DNA of 64,000 nucleotides, from NCBI GenBank assembly GCA_964612105.1, contig CAZTEU010000002.1, positions 19,697 through 83,696 on the forward strand, in the 5' to 3' direction. The stretch is from an uncultured Gammaproteobacteria bacterium (GTDB lineage: Bacteria; Patescibacteriota; Patescibacteriia; Magasanikbacterales; UBA922). A model generated the notes under the pieces. It worked only from the letters and a program-made list of their open reading frames with translations. It did no database searches and was not told the DNA's origin. The translations under genes were made by a program, and so were the position numbers. Position 1 is the first letter of the stretch. Each line of letters begins with the position of its first letter. Positions 27,776 to 39,113 of this stretch are shown piece after piece.

Positions 27776-28384
27776 CTAGAGATCTACCACAACTTCTCCT
27801 TGTCTAAGTGTGGTTAGTTTATCTCCATCAACTTTTACAATAGTGGAAGGGCTTTCGTTTGATAGTTGTCCAGCATCTATTATTATATCGGGCTGGGACT
27901 CCTTATCTGAAAAAGCTGATACAATATTTTCTATATCGTATGAATTTCCTTGTTCTGCAAGGTTGGCAGATGTTGATACAATTGGTTTTTTTATGGCTTT
28001 AGATATACCTCCAGCAAGTGGATGTGCTGTTACACGAAATGCTAACGTATTATCCTCCCCGACAACACCTTTTGCAAAAGGGTGCTCATCTATTAACTTC
28101 ACAACTGCTGTTAGCGCACCAGGCCAATATTTCTGTGATAGCTCATCTAACTTTGGTGTCCATTCAATATAATCTACAATAATATCCAAGTCAGACACTA
28201 AAACAAGTACAGGTTTATTTTTTTGTCTCTGTTTGATTGCGAACACTTTATCTACTGCATTCTGGTTTGTTGCATCACACCCAAGCCCATAGCATGTTTC
28301 TGTTGGATATACCACAACTTTACCCTCTTCCATCTTATTAGCAATCTCTTTAATATTTATTTCTTCTTGCTTCTTAATTTCCAT
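27776..28384 (-). CDS. tsaC: L-threonylcarbamoyladenylate synthase (TsaC/YrdC/Sua5 domain)
   Basis: 202 aa; VYPTETCYGLGCDATNQNAVDKVFAIKQRQKNKPVLVLV matches the YrdC signature. Confidence 0.8.
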   Translation of the reverse strand: MEIKKQEEINIKEIANKMEEGKVVVYPTETCYGLGCDATNQNAVDKVFAIKQRQKNKPVLVLVSDLDIIVDYIEWTPKLDELSQKYWPGALTAVVKLIDEHPFAKGVVGEDNTLAFRVTAHPLAGGISKAIKKPIVSTSANLAEQGNSYDIENIVSAFSDKESQPDIIIDAGQLSNESPSTIVKVDGDKLTTLRQGEVVVDL

Positions 28385-29492
28385 TTTTCTTGGTTTTAAT
28401 CCATCTTAAATAGCTTTCTATAAATGAATCCAGGTCTCCGTCTAGCACACCTTCTACATCATCCTGGCTTTTTACTTCATGTTTTGTGCGCACATCTTTT
28501 ACCATCTTATACGGGTGTAACACATAATTACGTATTTGATTGCCCCACTCTGCACTTTTGTATTCACCACGGAGCTCTTTTATCTCTTCTGCATGCTCTT
28601 CTTCTCTTATCTTTTCTAGTTTAGACATAAGGACACGCATTGCACTTTCCTTGTTTTGTAATTGAGAGCGTTCGTTTTGGCACTGCACCGTAACGCCGGT
28701 TGGAATATGAACAATTCTTACAGCAGAATAGGTTGTGTTTACTCCCTGCCCTCCCTTTCCACCAGACATGAAAGTGTCTATGCGTAAATCCTTTTGGTCT
28801 ATACCTAATTCATCATCATGCTCTACTTCTGGAATTACTTCTATAAGGGCAAAGGAGGTGTGGCGCATTTTTTCTGCATCAAAAGGAGAGATGCGGACAA
28901 GTCTGTGCGTACCATGCTCTGATTTTAGGTGACCAAATGCATATCTACCTTCTACACGAAAAGTGAGAGACTTGATTCCAGCTTCTTGCCCTCGTGATTC
29001 ATCCAAAATTTCAGTTTTCCATTTTTTCTTTTCACAATATCTTAATACCATGCGCTTTAACATTTCTGCCCAATCTTGTGCTTCTGTTCCTCCGCTTCCA
29101 GCATGTATTGCCACAATTGCGTTTTTCTTATCTTTCTCATCACTCATTAATAGAAGAAATTCTAGTTTTTCAAATTCCTTTCTAATTTCATTTATTCTCT
29201 TTATAACACCAGCTTTCATTTCCTCGTCCGGAGTCTTATCTAAATCCTTAGACAACCCTAAAAGCTCCTCTACCTCATCACGCATCTTTGTCCAAGTTTC
29301 TACTTCTTTTCTGTATTCTTCATGTTGCTGAGAGACTTGTTTTGCATTTTCCTGATTATCCCAAAAATTAGGCTGTTGCATTTCCTTTTCTAGTCCGTGA
29401 ATATGTGCAATTATATCGTCAATACCCAAAAGCGCCCATGTGTCTGTAATGCGCTTCTTAATATCTTCTGATTCACGAATTTGATCTTTCAT
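28374..29492 (-). CDS. prfB: peptide chain release factor 2 (single uninterrupted frame)
   Basis: 372 aa with an SPF tripeptide (RISPFDA) and the GGQ motif (GGQGVNTT); no internal stop or frameshift. Confidence 0.85.
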   Translation of the reverse strand: MKDQIRESEDIKKRITDTWALLGIDDIIAHIHGLEKEMQQPNFWDNQENAKQVSQQHEEYRKEVETWTKMRDEVEELLGLSKDLDKTPDEEMKAGVIKRINEIRKEFEKLEFLLLMSDEKDKKNAIVAIHAGSGGTEAQDWAEMLKRMVLRYCEKKKWKTEILDESRGQEAGIKSLTFRVEGRYAFGHLKSEHGTHRLVRISPFDAEKMRHTSFALIEVIPEVEHDDELGIDQKDLRIDTFMSGGKGGQGVNTTYSAVRIVHIPTGVTVQCQNERSQLQNKESAMRVLMSKLEKIREEEHAEEIKELRGEYKSAEWGNQIRNYVLHPYKMVKDVRTKHEVKSQDDVEGVLDGDLDSFIESYLRWIKTKKNGN

Positions 29493-29530
29493 ATTATTTA
29501 CCTTAGCTTATATTACCATTTATTTCAATG

Positions 29531-29558
29531 TTACAAACAAAAGCCCTTTTGCAGGGCT
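29531..29558 (-). terminator. rho-independent terminator
   Basis: Minus-strand hairpin AGCCC-tgcaaa-GGGCT followed by TTTTGTTTG. Confidence 0.5.
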
Positions 29559-29580
29559 ATGTTGATTTCTTTGCTGACCT

Positions 29581-29982
29581 TCAGTCGTTTTCAAAAATCT
29601 TACGCGTTAGAATCTGCAATAAATCTTTCACACTTTCCTGCGCTATCACATCATTTTCTGCTTTTGTAAATCTGTTCCAATGTGCCAAGATTTCTGGATC
29701 ATGAAGATCTCTAACATGGTTTTCCATTTCTAGCCTTTCTTCAAAAGAAATATCTTGCTCTCCTTTTAAGATTTTAGCAATAAATAGGTCCAAGAAATCT
29801 ACAATCTTTTCACTCGAGCTAAATTGCTCCACCCTATCTTCTAAATACCTAATCCTTTCCTGCCCTTGGTAATGGCGTATACCAAAATAGATGGTTGCTG
29901 CTAAGAGCGCCAGAAATACTATATCTAATAGCAGATGTAAAATGGATATGTGACCTTTTATTGGGAGATGTGGAGTTTCCAT
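29581..29982 (-). CDS. hypothetical protein with N-terminal TM anchor
   Basis: 133 aa; a TM helix followed by a charged helical region. Confidence 0.4.
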   Translation of the reverse strand: METPHLPIKGHISILHLLLDIVFLALLAATIYFGIRHYQGQERIRYLEDRVEQFSSSEKIVDFLDLFIAKILKGEQDISFEERLEMENHVRDLHDPEILAHWNRFTKAENDVIAQESVKDLLQILTRKIFEND

Positions 29983-29991
29983 ATTTTTCTA

Positions 29992-32900
29992 TTACTTTTT
30001 ATGAATGAGATATTTATGATGCCTTTTTTTGTCTGCATAGAAGTTTAGCCCAAGCAGAATGATGATAACAACTAATGCTATAGACCTCCAATTTATGTCA
30101 GATAATACACTAAATGGTTTCATTATTTCTACATTCATATGCACTCCTTTACTTGCTGTAACTGCAAATGTTTTTGTTTTTTTGTCTTTATATCCATCTG
30201 TTTCTATTTTTAAGTAATATTCCCCCTCTGGAACCAAGAATGAATATCTTCCAGTCTTGTCTGTAATCTGTGGATTCTTCTGGCTGTAATTCTTGGCTGG
30301 CCATAGTTCAAACTCTCCAGTACTTGGATTCCTCCAGAATATACTCACTTCTGCTTCTGGGATACGCAATTCTTTATCATCTATTTTCTCATAGATGTAT
30401 CCTTCCGGATCTATTACTAGCGTCATGCGTATTTCTTTGGTAGGAAGCTGTACACTAATGTAATCTACTACAGTTATTATTTCATATTTGCCGTCTACAA
30501 CAGGAGTCTGTATTGAAGCTGTGTATATTCCATCTTTATCTGTATCTTTATAATCAAATACGTCTATTACAAATCTATCTTCTATTTCCTTCTCGGTGTC
30601 CTCTTCTGCATGTACCGTGTTAATTCCTAGCAACTTAAGTGAAAGTGAATCATCTTCATCTGAAGAAACAGCAGAGAGGTCGGTGTGCATTAGTACATAA
30701 CCCCTAACTGCTTTCGCTGGAGCTTTTGGCTTAACAGCTAGTTCAACAAGTTGTCCCGATGTTATTTCTGTTTTGTGTTCTACTTCTCCGTCCTCTAGTA
30801 TGTTTATTTCTGTTGGCAAATCAATTTTTCCATTAGAGGCTCGCACAAAGTGCACTTCTTCTGGAATTTTTTTCTTATATTTAACATCCAGATCAGAGAG
30901 AGCTATACCAACACCCTCAGAAACGCCTGCTGTACCTAAATCTTCCATACTTAGCCCAACTGTCTCTAACAATCCAGGTAAGTAAAATTTAGTACCAGCA
31001 ATATCACTTAAACTATCTAAATCATCTATGCCTACACTACTCAGTGAGCTTCTTAGTTTAGGGAATTTATTAGCCAAGTCTAAGATATGTAGGTTGACTG
31101 GTGACAGGCTCAATCCCGATAATTTTGATTCTGCTATTATTTGTGAAGGAGTTTTTAATACAAAGTCTCCACGATCTAGCTTATCTGACTCTTTTAGAGT
31201 AACCTGCTTAAGATTGTCTACTTTCTTTGCGACTTGTTCTCTTAATGAGATATCTTCTTTTGGTTTCTTTTTATCATCTTTTTCTTCTTCTTTTATTGTC
31301 TCTGGTTCCAGTATTATTTTACCTTCTACAGGTATTACATCTTCATCAATTTCATCTCTTCCTGAATCTACAACAATAAATGTAAATATTTTATTCTCGC
31401 CACTATTACCAGATAAATCTCTAGGTGACAGCTTAAGGGAGTAATTTCCTGCATTGAGTTTTCCTAAGTTAATAGACCAAGACCCCTCTTTGTCTACTAT
31501 GGCATCCTCAACATCCTTACTATTAAGCGTTGGTTTTACAACTGAAAAAGGTTCGCTGTTTCCTTTATATATTACTTCCGTATTACTAAAGTAATATTCT
31601 TTTCCTTCTACATTTGTTATTTGTGGTGCGTTTTGATCTAAGTAAATTTTAGATGTAATTACATCTGATGAAATACCAAATCCTGTATAGAATTTCACGT
31701 ATACTGTTTTTTCTCCGTCTCCATCTGATAGTGTCCACACCTTTTCTTCATTGTATGGTTCTATATTTGATTTAGCAAAAAATTCATTGTCAGAGATGGA
31801 CATTTTTTCTGTATCACTTCCCACCTTAAATTTAAGAGAAACTGTTTTGGAGTTTGTATATTTTGCTCCTCCGTTTATTTCCACAATGAATTTACCTGCA
31901 GGATTTGACGGACCAGAAGAAGGAGAGCTTGGACCAGATGTTGAAGATGATGGGGCTCCACCACTACAATCAACAGTTGAAAAGCTTGTGGATATTAGAC
32001 CTGTCTCTATATTATCACCATTACGCGCTTTTATATTTATAGAATAAGATTTACTACACCTCAATCCGGTGGAAGTCCAAGACGTATCTGTAATCCACCC
32101 TGAACTTGTTCCTTCTGTAGTATTCTCAACATAATATTCTGTGCCAGAAGGATTACCATTTGCATTCCATGAAATAACCCCTGCCTGCTGTCCAGACGCT
32201 ACAGAGGATGCGCTGGATGGTGGTTGTGCTAGCGTGTATGTAACCTCACTTACAGAAGCTGTAGAGCTTGCATTTTCATTATATGCTTTCACATATCGTG
32301 TGTACTGAGTATTTACAGATAAGCTACTTTCTGTAACAGAACTAAGGTTAGCAGTAGCAGTAGATGATATGAGATTATCATTTGTACCATCATACAGTTC
32401 AAAACCATCCTCATACGCTGCATTGTCTGTAAAGTTCCATACAATTGATGTTGTGTCTGGTGTAGATGACGCAATTGTAGGAGCTGTTGGGGTTGTGTCT
32501 ATTGTTCCACTTAGAGTAGTTGTGGCTGAGGCTTTTTCTCCATTTGCAGTTGTGGCACCTATGTATGACTTTATCTGGAAGGTATATCTACTATTTGCAC
32601 TTGCTCCTGCATATGTATAACTAGTTGCATTAGAGGCTGTTGTATTTATCAAGGTATATTCTCCACCGTCCTTAGATGTATAAATCTTATTACTGTCCTC
32701 AAAGCCAGCATTGTCTGTCCAAGCAAGGGCTATACTACTGTCTGAGCTGTATGTGGCAGTTGAGCCTGTTGGCGCATCTGGTGTCGTATATTCGTAACTT
32801 GAATATGCGTATGAAGAAGATACATTACTACTTGGAGTAATACTTCTTACACGCCACCTGTATTTACTGTCCGCTGACAAACCAGCATCTGAATGAGGCT

Positions 32901-35900
32901 GATTGGCTGATTCCAGTGGAGAACCAGAAATACCAGAATATGTGTTTGAATCACAGTCTGTATTAGAACACCTTTCTACTCCGTGAGTGTCTTCCACTGT
33001 TGCACTCTTTGTATATGTAATATTAAACTGACTATCATCCACATATGTTGCCGTAACTCCACTTGGGGTTCCAGGGGTAGTGTAGTATGTAACACTGTCT
33101 GTAGTGCTTGTTGAGTCTCCAGCAATGTTTGTTGCATATACAGCATACTGATAATATGCGTCTGCAGTAGTTGAGGTGTCCCTATATGTTGTAGTATTAG
33201 CATCCAAGGTGGTTAATGTGCTCCATCCAGCGTCACTTGCATTTCTTTGAATCGTAAATGTATTTTCATCATTTGAAGAGTTTGACCAACTAATTGAGTA
33301 GGCGGTGTCTGACTCTCTAGATACTGACATTGACGCTGGAGCTGTTGATGTTGCTACTGTTGTAAAGTTTGCTGTTGTGGCCCATGCTCCGCTTGCGCTA
33401 TCATCATCGTAATACTTAATTCTCCAGTAATAAGTTGTGTTGAAAGCAAGGGCTTCTGTAGCTGCGCTTCCTAAATCATCATATGTAATATATGCAACCC
33501 TATCTCCTTCTGGAGTAGTAGAAGCAATTGATGTACCAGAGTCTCCTGAGTCAGAATCCCAAATTGGAGAGCTCATATCTGAGTTCTTTGAAACCTGTAT
33601 TCTGGCTTTTGTGGTAAGATCACCAGAGTCGTCATTGTATATAGCAGAAAATGTTGGTGTTAGGTCAGAAATATCTGTTGTAGCAACAACAGCACCACCT
33701 ACCCATGATGTGTTTCCATTTAATGTTCCTGTAAAATCATTTCCAGAAAAATCAAAAGCGCTGGATCCAGAACCCGCTTCAAAGTGATAACCAGCAACCA
33801 GATTTCCTCCACTTTGGCTGTACATTCCTAAACCACTATTATACAAAGTGGTAACCTCACCAGCAGTAAGCTCATCATCATATATTTCTACCTCATCGAC
33901 CTCACCAGTCAAATATCTAGTAGAGCCTGTTCTAGCACCTATGTACAGGTCTGCAGTACTTGGCGCAAGATCTCCAATAGGGTCTGTTTCTGTAAGAGTA
34001 CATTTGCCTGCTAAATTTATTAAAGTTTCTTTTGTTCCATTTACATAAAACTTAACAGCCTCAGAATCATCTGCATCTGCTGTCATTACAAGATGATGGA
34101 ATGTGTTTGTTGCATATGTGTTTGTGGTAGCACCACCGTATATTCCGTTCGCCCCGTTTACATAGGCACAGAAATATCCCTGATCTGTAACAAATATTCC
34201 ATATCCACTTGTATCTACATTATTTTTTTCAATTATAGTTTCTACATCACTGGACGATCCAACATCCACCCAAAGAGAAATGCTCAACTCATTTGTTGGA
34301 GAAATCTTAGGCTCTTCTGATATTTGTACATAATCACCGTTTCCATCAAAAGATAAACCATACAAACCTCTGACCTGCAAAGTTGTAGGAGCTGTTGGCG
34401 CTGTGTTATATGTGAAAGTTGCAGATGTTAATGAAATGTCTTCTGTACCGTTTGGAGAAACAAGGGCTGCACGCCAAGAAAAATCTCCGGAAGATGCAAT
34501 GTCCGTCGGGAATTGTGCAATATTACTATTTATTGTGGTAGAAACATTAGAATCTGTTATGGCACTTGCAGACACCCAATTTGCACCATTCCAATAATAC
34601 CAAGTCGGACTTGCTTCATCTCCTGCATTTGTTATCTGATACCAGACCTCCCCATCACCTGATTCTACTGCAGTGAAGCCTGACATTGTACTAGTATATG
34701 ATACAGCGCCATCTGTGTCTGGGCGGACAGTTGGTCTATCTCCATAATAATGCACTGGCCCAAAACCCACCTCTTTTATTCCTGGTGTTATTGTGGAGCT
34801 AGCCGTAGAGTAATACGCTCTGTATTGCATGTATCTGTTATCTGATACATCTCCATCTATGTCTAGATTTGGAAGACCGGTTGTGGCATTATCAAAGTCA
34901 CTATAAAAAGTACTTGTCGTACCGTCTGAACCAACAAATGACTCTCCAGAACAGGCGCTGTCATCACAAGATCTTATCTGATATTTTATATTCATTGCAC
35001 CTCTCTTGTAGTGATCTAGAATTTCAGACGCAGATAGTGCAGAGCTGTATATCGCAACCTCATCTATGTAACCCTCAAAATCATTAGTACCACCAGCGTG
35101 TCCACCAATCCTAATTGAGTCATCTGAGTTTGTAATGGTGGTTCCGGAGTAATTCTTTGTTCCCTCTAAAACTCCATTGACATAAAGCTTTACATCAGTT
35201 CCATCGTATGTACCAGCAACATGGTACCACTTATTTGGAGTAAGGGTATAAGCATATTCTCCTCTCCATGCTCCGCCGAGGTACGCCCAGAAGCCTAGCT
35301 CTTTACTAGAGCTTACTTCAAAAGTCCAGGCTTCACTGCCTACTTTATCTCTTTTTGACACTATATTTACAGCTGTAATATCAATTGCCTTTGCCCAAAA
35401 CTCAACAGTAATATAATCATAATCCTTATCTCCCACATCTACCCAATCATCATCTCCATCAAAACCAAGGGCTGTGTCTAAAGTACCAGTGTTTGCATAA
35501 GTTACACCACCACTTACAGTACCTGTAAATGCACTGCCTGAGCTATCGCTTATACTTCCAGAAGTTTCATTCATATGATATAAAAGAACATTGTCTGTCA
35601 TGTCTGCATTCCCAGAAGTATATCCGGTTTCTGTGGCTCCACTACCTGGAAGTTCTTTTCCGTAAGGCTCTGTTGTTGTTACAGAAAATGTGTCCCAAGC
35701 TGTGCTACTAGATGCATCTATTATCCTAGATTGGAACATACCAACATGGTATGGGGCTAAATTGTCCTGTTCGTATAGGATAGACACTTCTCTTGCCTCT
35801 ATTTTCCTATCCAATATCCTAATGTCATCCATATTTCCCACAAAGCTATCTCTCGAACTGTGTGTAGAAGAAGCAAAAAGTATCGGTCTGACATTTCCTG

Positions 35901-36768
35901 TACAAGCAGAACCATTTGCTGATGTATCACTTCCACGCAATACACCGTCTACGTAAATATATGCACCATCTGCATCGGAAGTGCCAACAACATGATGCCA
36001 ATTACCATCCTGCATGTCTACACCCCCACTAACTGCTGCGTACACAGAAGAACCTGCACACTGTGTAATCAAATATTGTGCGTTTCCTGAACCATCTATA
36101 TTCATAGCCCACTCCCACTTAGTGTGTCCTGCAATACCCTTTGCTGCAATCTCTGTTGCTCCTGTAGAGCTCGTCATAACCCACAAACTAACTGTCTGAA
36201 CTCCTGCAGTTCTTAGTTCTGAAGAGTCGTCGACCTCTACTACTGCACCACCCCCTCCAAAATATCCAGATTTTACAAACTTAGCAGTATCTACATCTAC
36301 ACTTGGATCGCCACCAATTGTTCCATGGTTCCCATTTCCAGAATAATCACGCACCTCGCTGGGAGTTCCAAGCCAACTAGTCTCATCTAGGTTCATGTAC
36401 AAAAGAATACTATCACTCATAGTATCCAACTCCACAGCAGAATCTGTTGCATCCCATGCTGTTGCTGCATGTGTACCACCAGAAAATCCTGTAGCATCAT
36501 TTGCATCATCTGACTGATCTATCTGCTGTAGCACAGCATCACCTGTAGAAGTGCTTATTTCTGTTGAGTCAGACAGAGTAAAACCACCTGTAGCTAGTGT
36601 CCATGTATTTGTCTGTGCTAAAACTATCTTTCCAAATGGAATTATTATAAAAGTAAAGTAAATAAAGGAACCTACAAATAAAATGGAAGTGACAACAAAA
36701 AACACCATTTTTTGCTTTAATGTTTTTGTACGAAATAAGTTTTTTATCTTGGCACGAACGTCCTTCAC
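29992..36768 (-). CDS. giant surface protein (2258 aa) with N-terminal signal anchor, multiple LamG/ConA-like lectin domains, FN3-like repeats, Ser/Pro linker and C-terminal TM anchor
   Basis: N-terminal TM helix. LamG-like motifs (DDIRILDRKIEAREV; LSFDGNGDYVQISE...LWVDVG; ALGFDGDDDWVDVG). Repeated beta-sandwich modules. Linker GGAPSSSTSGPSSPSSGPSNPAG. C-terminal hydrophobic helix IALVVIIILLGLNFY followed by KKRHHK. Confidence 0.8.
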   Translation of the reverse strand: MKDVRAKIKNLFRTKTLKQKMVFFVVTSILFVGSFIYFTFIIIPFGKIVLAQTNTWTLATGGFTLSDSTEISTSTGDAVLQQIDQSDDANDATGFSGGTHAATAWDATDSAVELDTMSDSILLYMNLDETSWLGTPSEVRDYSGNGNHGTIGGDPSVDVDTAKFVKSGYFGGGGAVVEVDDSSELRTAGVQTVSLWVMTSSTGATEIAAKGIAGHTKWEWAMNIDGSGNAQYLITQCAGSSVYAAVSGGVDMQDGNWHHVVGTSDADGAYIYVDGVLRGSDTSANGSACTGNVRPILFASSTHSSRDSFVGNMDDIRILDRKIEAREVSILYEQDNLAPYHVGMFQSRIIDASSSTAWDTFSVTTTEPYGKELPGSGATETGYTSGNADMTDNVLLYHMNETSGSISDSSGSAFTGTVSGGVTYANTGTLDTALGFDGDDDWVDVGDKDYDYITVEFWAKAIDITAVNIVSKRDKVGSEAWTFEVSSSKELGFWAYLGGAWRGEYAYTLTPNKWYHVAGTYDGTDVKLYVNGVLEGTKNYSGTTITNSDDSIRIGGHAGGTNDFEGYIDEVAIYSSALSASEILDHYKRGAMNIKYQIRSCDDSACSGESFVGSDGTTSTFYSDFDNATTGLPNLDIDGDVSDNRYMQYRAYYSTASSTITPGIKEVGFGPVHYYGDRPTVRPDTDGAVSYTSTMSGFTAVESGDGEVWYQITNAGDEASPTWYYWNGANWVSASAITDSNVSTTINSNIAQFPTDIASSGDFSWRAALVSPNGTEDISLTSATFTYNTAPTAPTTLQVRGLYGLSFDGNGDYVQISEEPKISPTNELSISLWVDVGSSSDVETIIEKNNVDTSGYGIFVTDQGYFCAYVNGANGIYGGATTNTYATNTFHHLVMTADADDSEAVKFYVNGTKETLINLAGKCTLTETDPIGDLAPSTADLYIGARTGSTRYLTGEVDEVEIYDDELTAGEVTTLYNSGLGMYSQSGGNLVAGYHFEAGSGSSAFDFSGNDFTGTLNGNTSWVGGAVVATTDISDLTPTFSAIYNDDSGDLTTKARIQVSKNSDMSSPIWDSDSGDSGTSIASTTPEGDRVAYITYDDLGSAATEALAFNTTYYWRIKYYDDDSASGAWATTANFTTVATSTAPASMSVSRESDTAYSISWSNSSNDENTFTIQRNASDAGWSTLTTLDANTTTYRDTSTTADAYYQYAVYATNIAGDSTSTTDSVTYYTTPGTPSGVTATYVDDSQFNITYTKSATVEDTHGVERCSNTDCDSNTYSGISGSPLESANQPHSDAGLSADSKYRWRVRSITPSSNVSSSYAYSSYEYTTPDAPTGSTATYSSDSSIALAWTDNAGFEDSNKIYTSKDGGEYTLINTTASNATSYTYAGASANSRYTFQIKSYIGATTANGEKASATTTLSGTIDTTPTAPTIASSTPDTTSIVWNFTDNAAYEDGFELYDGTNDNLISSTATANLSSVTESSLSVNTQYTRYVKAYNENASSTASVSEVTYTLAQPPSSASSVASGQQAGVISWNANGNPSGTEYYVENTTEGTSSGWITDTSWTSTGLRCSKSYSINIKARNGDNIETGLISTSFSTVDCSGGAPSSSTSGPSSPSSGPSNPAGKFIVEINGGAKYTNSKTVSLKFKVGSDTEKMSISDNEFFAKSNIEPYNEEKVWTLSDGDGEKTVYVKFYTGFGISSDVITSKIYLDQNAPQITNVEGKEYYFSNTEVIYKGNSEPFSVVKPTLNSKDVEDAIVDKEGSWSINLGKLNAGNYSLKLSPRDLSGNSGENKIFTFIVVDSGRDEIDEDVIPVEGKIILEPETIKEEEKDDKKKPKEDISLREQVAKKVDNLKQVTLKESDKLDRGDFVLKTPSQIIAESKLSGLSLSPVNLHILDLANKFPKLRSSLSSVGIDDLDSLSDIAGTKFYLPGLLETVGLSMEDLGTAGVSEGVGIALSDLDVKYKKKIPEEVHFVRASNGKIDLPTEINILEDGEVEHKTEITSGQLVELAVKPKAPAKAVRGYVLMHTDLSAVSSDEDDSLSLKLLGINTVHAEEDTEKEIEDRFVIDVFDYKDTDKDGIYTASIQTPVVDGKYEIITVVDYISVQLPTKEIRMTLVIDPEGYIYEKIDDKELRIPEAEVSIFWRNPSTGEFELWPAKNYSQKNPQITDKTGRYSFLVPEGEYYLKIETDGYKDKKTKTFAVTASKGVHMNVEIMKPFSVLSDINWRSIALVVIIILLGLNFYADKKRHHKYLIHKK

Positions 36769-36823
36769 AATACTTTAGTTCATGAGCAAAACTACAAAAC
36801 AAAAACAATGCCTTGTTCATATA

Positions 36824-36855
36824 ATTATACCACAATTTTATTGATAAAATAAGAA
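36824..36855 (-). promoter_or_regulatory. extended -10 promoter (TGgTATAAT) for the giant surface-protein gene
   Basis: Minus-strand TGGTATAAT (36832-36824), about 55 nt upstream of the ATG at 36768; weak -35. Confidence 0.35.
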
Positions 36856-36883
36856 AAAACAGCCTATTTCTGGCTGTTTTTTA
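36853..36883. terminator. bidirectional rho-independent terminator after groEL
   Basis: ACAGCC-tatttc-GGCTGT flanked by A6 and T6. Confidence 0.65.
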
Positions 36884-36901
36884 TATTATTGTGGATACTT
36901 C

Positions 36902-38819
<1,918 letters not shown>

Positions 38820-38853
38820 AGTGTAATAAATACGTTAAATATACGAGTTTTTA

Positions 38854-38880
38854 TTATCACTCAATGTGGCTGAGTGATAA
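38854..38880. promoter_or_regulatory. CIRCE-like HrcA operator variant (TTATCACTC-N9-GAGTGATAA)
   Basis: Perfect 9-bp inverted repeat with a 9-nt spacer, matching the CIRCE consensus TTAGCACTC-N9-GAGTGCTAA except G to T (C to A in the other arm); sits immediately downstream of the groES promoter. Confidence 0.65.
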
Positions 38881-38891
38881 ATACTAGACAT

Positions 38892-38919
38892 ATATTACCT
38901 AATTCTAGAAAAATGTCAA
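38892..38919 (-). promoter_or_regulatory. sigma70-type promoter TTGACA-N16-TAATAT of groES-groEL
   Basis: Minus-strand TTGACA (38919-38914) and TAATAT (38897-38892), directly upstream of CIRCE. Confidence 0.55.
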
Positions 38920-38924
38920 GTACC

Positions 38925-39001
38925 TAAAAAGCCCACAGATGGCTACGCGCTCAGCGTACCGACAAGACGTGAAATCGTGATGCCTGTCGTAACACGATTT
39001 C
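38925..39001 (-). terminator. terminator region / structured 3' UTR of the upstream membrane-protein gene
   Basis: 9-bp perfect inverted repeat GAAATCGTG-N13-CACGATTTC (38971-39001) and a second small hairpin AGCC-atctgtg-GGCT followed by TTTTT on the minus strand. Confidence 0.35.
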
Positions 39002-39113
39002 GACTTGCGAATACACGCGCGCATAACCATCAATGAGCTCTTTCGTATACCTACTGTCTCATGTATTGGGAGTGCTGTCAAATATGGAAATTTGGCTAAG
39101 ATTAGCCCATTTG

